NCBI GenBank assembly: GCA_020536535.1
Contig: JAHLWZ010000850.1
Location: 1 to 64,000 of the forward strand
From: Pelomyxa schiedti
Taxonomy: Eukaryota > Protista > Evosea
DNA: 64,000 nucleotides
Reading direction: 5' to 3'
The position numbers and the translations under genes are program-made. The notes under the pieces are model-generated. The model was not told where the DNA came from. It saw only the letters and a list, made by a program, of their open reading frames with translations, and ran no database searches. Every line of letters begins with the position of its first letter. Position 1 is the first letter of the stretch. Shown here in pieces: positions 39,301 to 52,000 of this stretch.

Positions 39301-40403
39301 AGGAGGGAGGAATTGAATTAACTCCCTTTTGGAGAAGTCAGTTAATCCATTGGCACCAGTAAAAAGAAATACTTTTTGAGTTTCTTGGCATCCCATTTAT
39401 TTGGATCATAGTCGTGCAACTGGACCTGTGCTCGCATAGCAGCAAGCAAAATTCCTTCATCCTTTTGGCAAGGATATGACCCTTCCTCAATGGCACTTTT
39501 CAACTAGTTCAATTACCACTCAGTTAGAGACAAACAGTAAAGGGACTAGGTCTACTTGAAGGTAAACCAAGTGCACGGCCATAGGAATTGTAAGGTCAAT
39601 CTGGTCGTCAGTGGCAAAAAACCTCTTCTTCATAATCAACAAGACAGTGTCGGAGATATCCTGTTCAAAAAGGGACTTTGTCGAGTCGACCCACATACTT
39701 GGAACAGCAGGGCCATTCCAAACGGCAGGGGGAGGAGGAGCTTTGCCAGGTTCAACTAATAAAGTTAAGGAAAGTGAGGAGAAGCGCGGATACTCACTTG
39801 TTACTTCCTGCTGAAGTGAAAATTCTTCCCAGTTTTTAACGCTCAATCGTTCACACATGGTCTGAACAATTGTCTGGTGCGTGATGAATACGCCGAACAA
39901 ACTAAAGTGTGGGGAGGTATACTGCTGCAGGTTTACTGTCATCAACAAGCACAGTTCTCACGTTTTCATCAATAGTTTTAATTTTTTGTGCACGGGTTTT
40001 TTTCCGGAAGATCACTTCATCATCCTGATTCAGTCAAACCAATAAAGGGAAGTAAACAAAGCACACATTTCTTAGGTCGTAGAACCCTAGGGTCTTGGTT
40101 GGGAGCAAATATCTGTACAATGGTTTAGACGAAAAAGACGCAGAAAGGTGATAACCTGTTGTGAAATTTTTCTGATGCCATTTGAAACAAGCCGTGGTCT
40201 GCTCCACCACACATGGCCTTCATAGCATGTTAAAAAGAGGGCCAATCTTGTTAAATTGGAAACATGGTTTTTTTGGAAAATAAAATAAAAACACAAACTT
40301 TTTCGGTGATGTCGACTAGTGCCTCTCCAACAGACAGAGTTCTGTTGAAGCGCAGAGATCTCGTCACGCTCTTCTCGGGGATGTTAACTCGTAATGTAAG
40401 CAT
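30367..40403 (-). CDS. Talin (FERM head, helical rod, I/LWEQ tail)
   Basis: 'MLTLRVNIPEKSVTRSLRF', 'AKFRYIQLARSLKTYGLTIF', 'TLDFGEY..INSLLAGYVDIALK', Ala-rich rod bundles, C-terminal 'ARAVVAATTQLVTASRVKAD..EIEMQIQMQQLEEQL'. Confidence 0.93.
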
Positions 40404-40811
40404 TCTTCGACAATCGAACTACACTGTACGCGTAACCCACGCACGTGTTTACGGGTGCCGGTGTGGTGTTGGGGGTTTTGTGGAAAAAAAAAAGAGAAAA
40501 ACAAAAACGGCGGGCAGATCCCAAAGAACAGGGATGTTGCCGATGATGGTGGGTTACTTTTGTTTTTTCTTTTTTTTTTTTTTTGAAACGCTGTGAGCGA
40601 ACCTTGTTTCTTTCTGGATGGTTATTTATGGAAACGATTTCCTTCTTCAAAGAGGAATGCAGTTGCCAGAGTCCAGAGACTCCCGTAATCCCGATGTATC
40701 CCGCCGCACTCCAGTCGATTCGGAACAGGTGCCCTCAACTCTCCTCAGAAGATCAAATCGGGGCTCTGGAGGCGGCAGCGCTGTGGTCCTCATAACCCAA
40801 ATAAGAAAGTG

Positions 40812-40949
40812 ATGAGTGGAGTCGACGAGACCACGAGGCCGGTGATGGTCGTTGCATCGACTAGATCTTCGAGTGTTTATCACCTTCTACGAGTTATCGG
40901 CAGGTTTTCAAAACATGATGGATGGTTGTCTATGTGTGTGGGTTTATTA

Positions 40950-41037
<88 letters not shown>

Positions 41038-42266
41038 TATTGTAACAGGGGGAGTCACGCTCGTGTATTCTATGCTGAGGTTGAAGGGACAAGAGAAGTT
41101 GTTGCTGTCAAGGTGGTTGAGAAAGCCAAGCTTTTTAATGGAAAGCAAAAAACCAACCTCATACGTGAGGTGGAAATAATGCGATCAGTTGTGCATCCAA
41201 ATGTATGCTTTTCTTATTCTGCTTATTGGTGCCCTCTAACCCTTTTTCTTTTTGGTAGGTATTATCTCTTATTGACTTAATAGAAGACACGAATAACATC
41301 TATATGGTTACTCCTCAGTATGCAGTTAAGCTATTACCATCACTTACAACGCACAGTATGGGTGGTGGGGAACTGTTCAATAAAATAATTAGCCGGGGTC
41401 ACTTCACTGAAGCAGATGCTGTATCTATAGTAAAACAGGTTAGTTGCTTGTGTATTTGAAGAACTTATTAATTTTCTTCAAGATTTGTGAAGCAATCAAT
41501 TTTTTGCACCGTCAAGGAATTTGCCATCGAGACTTGGTATGCTTTTTATTAATTTGTTTCCATTCATGCTAATACAGAAACCCGAAAATATATTGTGTTC
41601 CGAGGAACCAGTTAATTTCCGAGTTGTTATCAGTGATTTTGGTTAGTGCCTATGCTTTCCCAAGGTCTACTTCTTACCCTCCCAGGTCTCTCGAAATTGT
41701 TTGGCCGTGGTGAACTCATGAAAACAGCGTGGCTTCCTTTTACTCACACTAATTAGCACTAACCATACAATCACAGGTGCGGAACTTTACAGTACGCTGC
41801 ACCGGAGGTCTTCACCTCCAGAGTCTATTCTGAAGCATGTGACATGTGGACACTTGGTGTTATCACATACGTCATGTTCCATTCCTTCCCCCGTTGTACT
41901 TTTCTAACGTACAAACAAAAGTCTAACTGGGTGCTTCCCTTTCAACGGCACGTATGAGGACTTAATGGCTAAGATGTCTCAACCAAATTACGTAAAGGAC
42001 AACCTCACTCCCGTCGGAGTATCACTTCCCGGTTAGTTGCACACAACACTCACACTACTCACTCACATTCACATTCACATTCTCATTCTCTCACACTTTG
42101 TGTTCCAGCTGTTGCCTTCATTGAGGGCCTTCTTCAAGTCGAAGCAAGCAACAGATTGCATGCCAACAACGCTCTGTCTCACCCCTGGCTTCTCGCCAAT
42201 TTGTCTGGTTCATCAGGAGTTTCCTTGAGGCAGAGTGTGGACCTGCTCAGACAAAACCGAAACTGA
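40812..42266 (+). CDS. CAMK-family Ser/Thr protein kinase
   Basis: 'IGR/GSHARV', 'VAVK', 'GGELFNKI', 'HRDL/KPEN', 'DFG/LSK', '[10 protein letters not shown]', 'CDMWTLGVI'. Confidence 0.92.
40953..41036. repeat. Poly(T) homopolymer (~84 nt) in intron 1 of the kinase
   Basis: Uninterrupted T run seen directly in the sequence. Confidence 0.95.
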
Positions 42267-42396
42267 CCCCCACAAGGAACACAACAAAGACAAACCTCTT
42301 TACTTGTACAAATGATACAAAATGTCTTCATAAGACTCTTTTTTGTACTGCTTTTTTGCTGCCACTGCAGGTTTCGAATGAACATGCCTTGGTTTC

Positions 42397-43492
42397 TCAT
42401 GGAAGAGCGTTGGGTCCAACAAGGAATCCCCACCGATTCAGAATCGCCTGGGTGATGTCTTGCCCGTTTTCCAGAGTCCTAGCAACGTTAAGGGCGTCGT
42501 CGGCTGTGTGTAGCCAGTTGAACAGCACAAAAGAGTGCGGAGTGAAGTTTGGTAGACTCTTCACAGAGCAGGTGCCCTTAAGCCAAGCAGGAGTGTGTTC
42601 TTTGGCCCACGTGCACACTATCCTCTTCACAGTTGCAGATGCACGTTCCGTGTCCGAGTTTTTATCCCGCAGGATTTCACTGTCAGCAGGGTGGAGTGTG
42701 CCAGGTGTCAATTGCTCAAGATAGACCAGTTGTTTGCGAAGTGTTCTTAACTAAGGGATATTTATAATATGAAATGCAATAGTTTGAGTAACCTCTTTTG
42801 CGTAGGTTGGTGCATCCATTACAGTCTCACCTGATGTAACACCCCAGTCAGCAAGCTCAAGCAACATAGGTACCAGGGATTCGACTTCATGAGCTCCCTC
42901 AATTGATTGTCTCACAGTATCCATGTATCCCGGAGGGAGTAGTGCCCTATCTTTTGGATTGACCATTTGAGCATTAAATCGCTCTACAACTTGGTCTCGG
43001 ACAATGGTGTTCCAGCTGTTCATGCTATCAAGTACTACTAGCGAAATAGGGGCGCCAGAAATTTTTATAAATGACTCCCATCCCATTTTCAGCTCCCTTT
43101 TTATTTCCAAATCTACTCTGTTGAGGAGAAGCTCTGGCAGTCAATAAGTTTGGTTTTAGAGTAGAATCTAAAGTGGGCATTTGGGGGAAAAGAAAATCAC
43201 CAACAATAGGCAGGGTGGTTTTCACTGCAGATGTGAAGAAGTGTTCAGCAGTTTTCTCGGCCGCAGCGCGCAACCACAAGCCGCACAATCCTGCTCTCTC
43301 AGGGAGGGTCGCCAAAACAGAAGCCACTTGTTCCTCTTAAAAACGAATGAATACAACAAGATCTTGACCGTTGCTCGCCACACTCTCCGTACCTGGACCA
43401 GACTGAATGGCCTCACGCAACATTTGCGGTGTCACCCTACTCTTGTTTGCACTTGCCGTAGTGCCGGTTGTAACGTTCGGATCTTGGCTCAT
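42397..43492 (-). CDS. Hypothetical multi-exon protein
   Basis: Consecutive ORF exons (43327-43028, 43110-42751, 42711-42397) joined by short introns. Likely ATG at 43492. No family recognised. Confidence 0.6.
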
Positions 43493-43680
43493 TTCTTTTT
43501 TGCGAGAAATTACAATCTGAATCTCTTGTCAGCTGTGCTTGTCGAGGAGGAGCTTGTCACCCGAATTGCATTAATTCCCTGCGTGACACTTTCATAGGAT
43601 TCAGACTTGGATTCCCTCCAAGTTGGAAACAAGGAGTTCCAATTCGTAAATTATCAAGAAAAAACAGCGAGGCGATAGTC

Positions 43681-45246
43681 ATGTCAACGGAAGTCGTCGT
43701 CACGCAAAACGGACCGGAAAGTACGACAACAACTACGTCAACTGCGACAGCAAGTGGTGAGAGATTGTCTGTGGATACGAGTGACCCGGGGATCGTTCAG
43801 TCCGTAGTCAAAGAAGAGGTCCTCTATGTTTCTCTCAATCAAGATCACTCGTGTTTACTGCTTGGAACTACGACTGGGTAACAATCACTTTCCTACGTTC
43901 CCGTCGGTTGACAAATGGTTCTGACGCCAGTTATAGGTTCAGGGTGTTTAACACCGAATCAGAGCAAACACAGAGACTTTACCGAAGTAATTTTCCACTT
44001 TCAATTCGTAACGTGGTCTTATTTGGTTAAGGACTTGATGGTGGGATAGGAATTGTTGAGACACTGCACAGGTTTAGGGTGTATCACTTTGTTCTATTTC
44101 CCACTCTTTTTGTCTAAAGAACGAACTTTTTTTTCCTTGTCGGAGGAGGGAAACACCCAGCATGGGCAAACACGATGGTTAACTTCATAAACTCTTCATA
44201 TCCTTGTTGCATGTATAACCCTAATGACAGTTTATTCTTTGGGATGACAGTCGCGGGGCCATTGAAGTACATATGGAATTTCCAAGGCCAGTCCTAGGTG
44301 TCAAAGTCTCAAGGGACAGGTTGTCTTGCAACAGTGAAAACAGAACTTATATTTAACAGAATTTTGTTGTGTCTGGAAAATGTGACCTATCTTTATGCAC
44401 TCAATAACTTGGATATGCTGTCGTCATATCCAGCACTAAATCCTCGTGGAGTATGTGCTATGTCTACTCGTGTAGTAGAGCCTTCTACAATACAACTATT
44501 TGGTCCTACTGATCCAATTGGTTATGCAGCAACGCCGGGCCTCCAGGTAACTCTATGAATGCAAGCTGCTCTCATTATCAATATTTAGCCAGGGCAAGTT
44601 GTTGTGCAATGCCTGAAGGAAACCTATGAATATGCAGTGTTCAATGCTCACGAATCTAATGTGACCAGCATAGCAATGAAAATGGATGGGACAGCAATGG
44701 CAACGGCATCTGAGCAGGTTTGTTACTGTTAAACGACTTTGCTTACACTTAGCAGGGCACGATAATCCGAGTTTGGGATGTACAAAAGGTAATGAAGAAA
44801 GTTGATGCGAAAATTATGGAGCTACGACGTGGAGCAGATCACGCCAACATCTATTCATTGAACTTCTCGCCGCATACACCGTTTCTCCTTGTTACTTCCG
44901 ACAGTGGTACCTGCCACATCTTTTCTGAACAGATGTATGCTCCTTCAGTATTTTCCTGTAGCAATTGACACTGAAAAGGGAGAAAAATGTATCATCAAGA
45001 TTAACAGCAGTGGCTTGGGGTTTGCCAGGCTACTTTTCATCACATTGGAGCCTTATCAATTTCAAAACGACCAACCTGAAAAATTGTGCATGCTTTATAG
45101 GGCAAGGCGCTTTCATTCTCAGTGAGAAACTGCCCCCCTTTTTCACTCACTAACACATTACAGTTGTAAACATGAATGGGGAACTGTTCAGATATGAAAT
45201 TGTGGATAACACTGCAAAGCAAATTGTGGAGAAATCTTTATTGTAG
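43681..45246 (+). CDS. PROPPIN WD40 autophagy protein (WIPI3/4, Atg18/Hsv2-like)
   Basis: 'LYVSLNQDHSCLLLGTTTG/FRVFN', 'LVGGGKHP', 'FNAHES', 'ATASEQ/GTIIRVWD', phosphoinositide motif 'ELRRGAD', 'TSDSGTCHIF'. Confidence 0.9.
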
Positions 45247-45275
45247 GAATTTGGTTTGAATTTTTCTGTTTGCAT

Positions 45276-46075
45276 TCAAGAGCTCCTCACATAGAGTACT
45301 TCTGGTACATTTTCTAGCTGTGCTGCAAAACGTGCAGCCACAAAAAGCAAGTCACTCGCCCTGTAAAATTAAAGAAATGTTGAGTGATTTGAAAGGATAA
45401 AGACAAAACAAAAAAAAAACCAAGTGTTAGGACACAAAACCAACCTATTGAGGAATTTGAGGGTGCAGGAGTCTATGTTGTGACCAGATTCAACCAAACT
45501 CACAGTGGACCTTTCAGCCCTGCGACACACGCACCTGGCAATGTGTAGGTTGCAGGAAATGGCCCCGCCACTGGGCAACACGAAGCCCGTCAGTGGCGCA
45601 TTGTGGGAGTCGATAGTGTCTATTTGAAGCTCGATGTCGTCGACGTGCTGCTGCTTCATGGGTATCTGCCCACGCCCTGGTACGAAATGTCTCACAGAAA
45701 AAAGATACAAAGGGGGCGGCAACCTCCACCGCTGGTTGGTGTTGCAGATGTTGTTGTTGTCGCAGCAGTAGTTGATGAGCACGACCCAATCGCAGTGCCA
45801 ACGTCGAACAGTCTGTTCTGCATCGTGCACAACGCGGAGTCCAGCATCGCCCATAAGTCACACCTGGGCTCGCGCTCGGCGGAGTTCAGCGCCGCTCTGG
45901 CCGCCCCGACGTGCGCGTTGGCCTCGTCGACCGAGCCAAGGGCGTCGAACACCGTGTCCGACTTCGACCGTCGCTCTCCCGTGTACATGCTGCTGGTCCC
46001 ACCGTCCCCGCTACGTGTGTACACCTTGGACTTCACCCTCGAGGTGTGTGACGACGACTCGGCGGCACTGTCCAT
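45276..46075 (-). CDS. ATP:cob(I)alamin adenosyltransferase (PduO/MMAB type)
   Basis: 'KVYTRSGDGGTSS..GERRSKSD..ALGSVDEANAHVG', 'QNRLFDVG', 'FVLPSG..LHIARCVCRRAER', 'KFLNR/ASDLLFVAAR'. Two introns. Confidence 0.93.
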
Positions 46076-46163
46076 TTGGTTTTATGAACCGGTTTTCCAG
46101 GTTGTTGACGTGCAGAAACACATTCATTTTAGGGGAAATTTGGACAACGAAAAGTGCTGGGGC

Positions 46164-48732
46164 TTACGACCTGTCTCCGGCGTGGGGGTATGCGTCCAAA
46201 GGCCACAGTGCGGGTCCGTCCCATTCGCGAATTCCTGGTATGTGGTGAGGGGTGGTTGAGCAAAAGAAATGAAAGCCTACTTGTCATATTGTCAAGAACT
46301 GACTGCAGTTCCTGTTCAACGCCGAGTTTGCGTGCGGTGGCCATAGTCGGGACACCTGTTTCTACATCGTAGCCGTGTATTTCATAGTAATGAGCGAGAA
46401 GCTGTTGGAATTGCTCACGCTGCCTGGCACCTTCCTCGGTGGCTGGCAGTAATGAGATTATAAGAAGATAAGGTGGAATGTAACCTGCGACTTCCGGGAG
46501 CTGGGGGAAAGAATCGTGCTTCCTAGAACAACCTTGCTTGATGTTAATTAAGCGCTCAATGAAGTAAACTCGATCAGCAAGCTCATTCAGTACTGGGCCA
46601 GACCAATGGTCCGCAATTCCTGTCGCAGCAACGAGGAGTTTAACTAGCCCACCGTAGAGTGGCTCCTTCCAACATAGGGGCACTGCTGCTGTCCACGAAT
46701 TAACAGCTCCCTTACATCTACCAATGCAATCAGTGAGAGTCGTTGCCCGCTCGGAGATAGTCAAGGCGACAACAGAGTCTGTCTTGAACTCAGCTGGGAA
46801 CTCGTCCGGTTTGAGCAGAAGACGTGGGAGGAGATCCTCAGGATCGTTTTCCATGTACGCCCAAGACCTATACTGGTTAGGAAAACCTCTGGGACAGTGT
46901 TAGATACCTTCCGCGAAGATGGTCAGCTCCACGTGTGGAAATTGCGTGAGACAGTGCCCACATGCCTGCTTCATGAGGGCCACGGCTCACACCTTTTACG
47001 TGATAGCAACGCCTCAGAGCTTCTTCTCCCATCAATTTGGCAAATGAGTAGTACCCCTCGGCAAGGACATTCCCAAATCCTAGTAGATTATCAATACCCT
47101 GGAGAAAAGGTCATGGCAAGGGAACCCTGGCGGAGGGCAATTCTATGGATGAGCTCCACTTGATTTTCAGCATTTTCCCATTCCAAAGAAAGACCTCCAG
47201 TAACCTAAAGTTGTTTACTACGTTCATGAAGAACCTGGCAACTTACTGTATCATTGATGAACCCTTTGTTGTACAAATCTTTGGCAAGTGCTATGTCATT
47301 TCCAAGAGCAATTACATCCATTCCATACGCGTCAGAGAGGTTCTCCATTTCCAGAATGGTGACAGGATCTTTGATGCCGCAATTGGTACCAAGACACATT
47401 ATACCCTCGTATTCCAAGGCTGCCCCCTTTTCACCAGCACGTCTATGGCCTTTGGGCATGGCATACGCATTTTTGCACTTGACAGGGCACCCAAGACAGC
47501 CATGCCTTCCGGTCTGATTCTCAATAAATACAAGCCAAAAGGAAAAAGATGGCTGCGGACCTCATATTGTTTCCAGCTATCAGGTTGCAAGTTCAGAGGC
47601 ACTTGGTCTTCTGTCCAATACTCTGAGTAATACCTGTGGCCTGGTTTCCAATGGGCCATACCAATATGTGTTCCATATCTGACAGGTTCTTAGAATGCAC
47701 TACTAATCATGCAATGGAACGCACTTGCTGATAGTTTCTTTGTACTTGGGGTTTGTTAAAAAGAAGTTTACATCTTCAGCAGCCAATGAATCGAACGTTG
47801 CCTGACAATCAATCAAAATCAGAAGGATTTTAGCAGACTTACCTTATCACATAAGGGTACTTCTGTCTTACCAAAAGCAAAGACAGCCTTAAGTAATTTG
47901 GAACCCCACACAGCTCCTAAACGAGTCAAATTAATATGGATACTACACAATGTGATAGGGCCCTACCACTTCCTTTAGCAGCCGAAGCATATTTATCCAC
48001 CATTGTAGAGGATGCTCTTGCCTGAGAAACAGTTAATAAATTACCTTGGAGTGGTAAAGTACCAAGTTTTCTCCCGCTTGTCCGATGCCCATAACACTTC
48101 CAGCTCCATGGACCTCCTTCAGTTTGTCTGTCGCGACCCATATAGATTTACCCCAAATTTCACTGGCGTCGCGCAACTCTGCCCCGGTACTCGTGATAAG
48201 AAGATACTGAGGTCTTGGGGCTTTGCCATGAATTACAATTTGATCAATCCCGCACCTCTTGAGGTGGAATCCGAACATGCCACCTACATTCCCATCCCCA
48301 AGTATAGCTGCACAGCTTAGAAACTGCTTTTTTGGAGAGAAGCCATACCACTGTAGGCTGAAATGGTACTGACCTCTGTTCTGCAGGACATGGGTAATCT
48401 TGTACCAGTGAACGGTCCGGGAGCTATACAAATTCTATTTTCAGGACCCAAAGGATCGCAATTTATGGGGCACTCCTCAAAAAGCACTTTCGAATTGAGT
48501 CCACGACCCCCCATGTACCTGGTAGGGGAAGAAAAAGAAAACAGTGAGTATTGCATACAATACTAAAAGTAAGATCTTACTTGAGAGCTAGAGAGAGTTT
48601 CAAAGGGACGGATGTAATAGTTTGGGCAGTGAGATCCACACGAAGAATTGTTCCCATCCAGCCTCCGTGAGCCACTGGATCTTCTGTCGTTGTTGTCGCT
48701 GATGCAGTAGCAGGTACGGTCGTTGTCGCCAT
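46164..48732 (-). CDS. aor: Aldehyde:ferredoxin oxidoreductase (AOR family, tungstopterin/[4Fe-4S]) with spliceosomal introns
   Basis: 'GWMGTILRVDLT', 'YMGGRGLN', 'DPLGPEN', 'GGMFGFHLKRCGID', 'IGQAGEN', 'GAVWGSKLLKA', 'GCLGCPVKC', 'EYE', 'DAYGMD', 'STRGADHLR', 'DCIGRC', 'YYEIHGYD..GVP'. Confidence 0.95.
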
Positions 48733-49021
48733 AGCGGAAGGACTTACTTTATTTTTTTTTGATTTGTGATTTTGTTCTCCTGAATGTCGTGAGCGGAAAA
48801 CCGTTTCTTCTCTACAGGCCGCACCAGGATGTACCATCCTTCCATTTTTGAATTCAGTCACAGATCTTCCGGAGGGAAGGGAGGCAGAGTCTTCCTCAGG
48901 CCCGGCTTGACAGTGAGTTCTTGTGGATCACTCAGGAACTCCTGCCACTGTCCGGTCAGTGGAGTTTTCGTGCAGGCTCTCAGTATAGATGCCGTTTCGA
49001 AACCCCTTCCAGATATTGACT

Positions 49022-52000
49022 ATGGACCAAGAGGCGCCGTTGTTGCCTGGTGAAGTGGACCAATTGGTCCAAGACATCCCACTATCGCGTGGAGATCCAG
49101 TGCGTGCCGTCAAGAGGCTTTTGCGTGGAATAGTGTTTGCTGAGGGTGGTATTGAACTAAACTCAGAACACTCGGCGTCCCGTAGGCCCAAAGCTAAGAC
49201 CACGGCCGTGTCTGTCCCACAATCCAGTGAATCTGCTGATCGAGTCGACAAGGCCTTGCGTGAACTTTCCCAACGTTGTCCTGAGATACTCTCAGTCTCT
49301 TTGGCTGCTGTGATTTCTGACTGTAGTATTCCAGTGATGGTATTAAAATGCGCACTGTGATCCCATCATCTATCTTCCTATCATTATTGTGTCCTTCCCA
49401 GTCAGTGTTGTGCTGTGTTTTCTTGTGTAACATTGTACTTGAAAATCTAATGTATGGATACCTTGGTTATAGTTGAGAAGATTGGCTTTGATCTACCTGG
49501 AAAAATTACTCTCAGCTGCAACCAGGGTTTTGGGATCAGCAATCCATCACCGTATCAAGGTGGTAACGTGATAATGATGAAGTTTTGGTTAAACCTTCTA
49601 TTAGGCACAACTACAGGAGGCGATTAGCCGTGAGAAGGATAGAAAACTCCTCAAACCATTGTGCTCAGCTGTGCTGAGCTGTTTCTTGAATACAGGCGTG
49701 TTCCCAGTGTATTATTTACGCTCACTTGCAGATAAGAGGTTTTTTCTTTGAGTTAACTGCCCTTTACCCAGGCCAAGACAGTCTCCCATTTGTACTTCAG
49801 TTCATCAAGTCAACAGTGTGTGCTTGTTGTTACCAACTGGTGCCTCACAAACATAGGAGGAATATCACAGGGTAGCAGGTTTCTCAATGCTGTCAGAGTT
49901 GTCTGTTGGCCCTCAGTCCAATCTTTCCCAAGTTACTACTCTTCTGTATATGGGACTAAAGGACACAAGCTTATCAGTACGTTAGATGCCAAATCTGGGC
50001 TTCTCACTTTTTTTTTCAGGTACGAAATGAAGCTCTCTGTGCTGTTACTTCATTTGCTGCTGTCACAGCAACAATTAAACCTTTTCAGGGATTTATTCCC
50101 CTTCTATTAGAAGTGTGGCTCCTTTTCAATTTTGGAGACATTTTATCTTCAAGCTAGACACTCAATATGGCTGTGTGGCAAAAAGAGCAAGAATACTCTG
50201 TAAAAATCATCTCCAATTTTCTGGACTTGACGGAGAGTCACCCCTGCTTCTTCAACCCTCATTTATCAGATGTCTTCTCCTGCATGTTTCTCATTGCCTC
50301 TTCACCAACAAACTCTGATGGTAATGGTCGTTTTGGTTTTTTGAAGTAACCATCCCATAGAATTACGGCAGGATGCTATAGAATTTTTTGTTTCTTTAAC
50401 TGAAATTGCCCCATCCAGTGTGAAACGGTACCGATTCATCTTTTCTTTCAAACTCACTCCAACTACCAGCAAACTGCCAGCACTATTTCCCACAATTATT
50501 GTTTTCCTCCTTGAACTTCTCTCCACCATAAGTGATGATACTGAACAATGGGAATCAGATCTTGATGATGACGATGTTACAAATATTTCCGTGGCAGAGC
50601 AAGCTTTGGACCGAATTGCGCTTGCTCTTGGATCATCTGCTGTTCCAACACTGCTTTCATCTGTTTCAAGTATGCTTACTAACAAAACGGAATGGAAGAA
50701 AAGGTGGGGAGGCCTTATTGGCCTCTCTGCTTGTGTAGAGGGGTGTCATGTTGCTCTTGATAAGCACATCCCTGAAATAATCAGGTTTCACTACCTTTCA
50801 TTCTTTTGAATTAAGTTCTTCAGTATTGTTATCCCCCTTCTTGAGGATGAACACCCCCAGGTGAGATGGGCAGCATGCCACTGTATTGCACAGTGTTCAT
50901 CAGATATTGTATACTTTTTTCTGTAGCCTCCTACTCATTAGTAATTAGCCACTCCTTCGAGAAAAATTCGTGGAAATAATTTTGCCTACCTTACTGGCTC
51001 ACTTACGTGATCCTTCGTTTAAGTACTTGTGTTCTACCAATAGCAAAGATATTGACTTTTTCTGTAGAGTTTTTCTGCACTGTGTGGATTCAATTGGACT
51101 GTTCCTTCAGGATTGCCCCTATTCGAAACTGGAACCATACTTGGAGCAAGTCTTGGCACAGATTTATCCACTTTTGACCCACTCGTAAGATTTTCCATTG
51201 TTTCAATATACTAATAAAATCTAGACATCCAAAGGTTGGAGAATCAGCAATGCTAGGCCTTGTTGAAATTGTACAGGTCTCTCAAGGGCATTTCTTCAGA
51301 GTATTACCATTTATCAATACTACTTCTTATACCTGCAGTTTTATGACATCTTTGTTCCTGTTTTGAAAAAGTGCACCTGCCAAAGATTATTGCACTGATT
51401 AATTTGGTTCTAGTATGCTAAAAATGCTGAAAAGTTCTGGTGATTGTGCTAGGAAAAAAATTCAGTACGCTGCTATGGAGTGCCTCAGCTTAATTGGTAT
51501 GAGTTAGGTTTTTACGCATCTTAGTTCAACTGACAGCTATATCTGTGGGCAAGCAGCACTTTCAAAAAGATGCCCATGAAGTATTAGGTGATATTCTTAG
51601 CATAATGGCTGTATGTTAGTACTGGGGTTTTCCTCTTATAAGTACTTATAAGATGCCTGGGATGGATGGAGAAAAGTATTCCTTTGTGCACCAGACGTTG
51701 TGTCGATTTTCTGAGTGTCTTGGTACCGACTTCTCCCCGTTTTTGTCTCTGGTAATACCGCAATTGATTGCTCAAGCTTCCCAAGAAATAACAGAGCCTG
51801 GCAAAGGTACTCTTTGAGCCACTATTTTTTGTATCGCTTTTTCAGTTTTAGAGTGTCTTAGTAGTGGAAGCTGTGACACTATTATTGAGACACTTAATTT
51901 GCTTAAACTTTATGGAACAAATCTGGCAAATGAGTTTATTTCTTTTGTTCCAGAGGTCAGTAAACTTGTTCTGAAGCATCTCACATGTACAGAAAATGAC

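Noticed and set aside
40809-41179. Poly-Phe and poly-Lys ORFs
   Set aside because: Translations of the intronic poly(T) tract.
45603-46259. Plus-strand 218-aa and 158-aa ORFs
   Set aside because: Antisense to the adenosyltransferase and the last AOR exon, with no independent signal.
46164-48732. Prokaryotic contamination or endosymbiont origin of the AOR sequence
   Set aside because: The gene has multiple GT-AG introns matching the host style and is contiguous with eukaryote-specific genes.
48860-48970. Hairpins (GAGTTCTTG/CAGGAACTC, CCACTG/CAGTGG) with GCCACTG and GGGAAG words upstream of AOR, suggesting a cobalamin or Moco/Wco riboswitch
   Set aside because: The words are on the strand opposite AOR and in the wrong order, and there is no B12 box. 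A cmscan hit would be needed.
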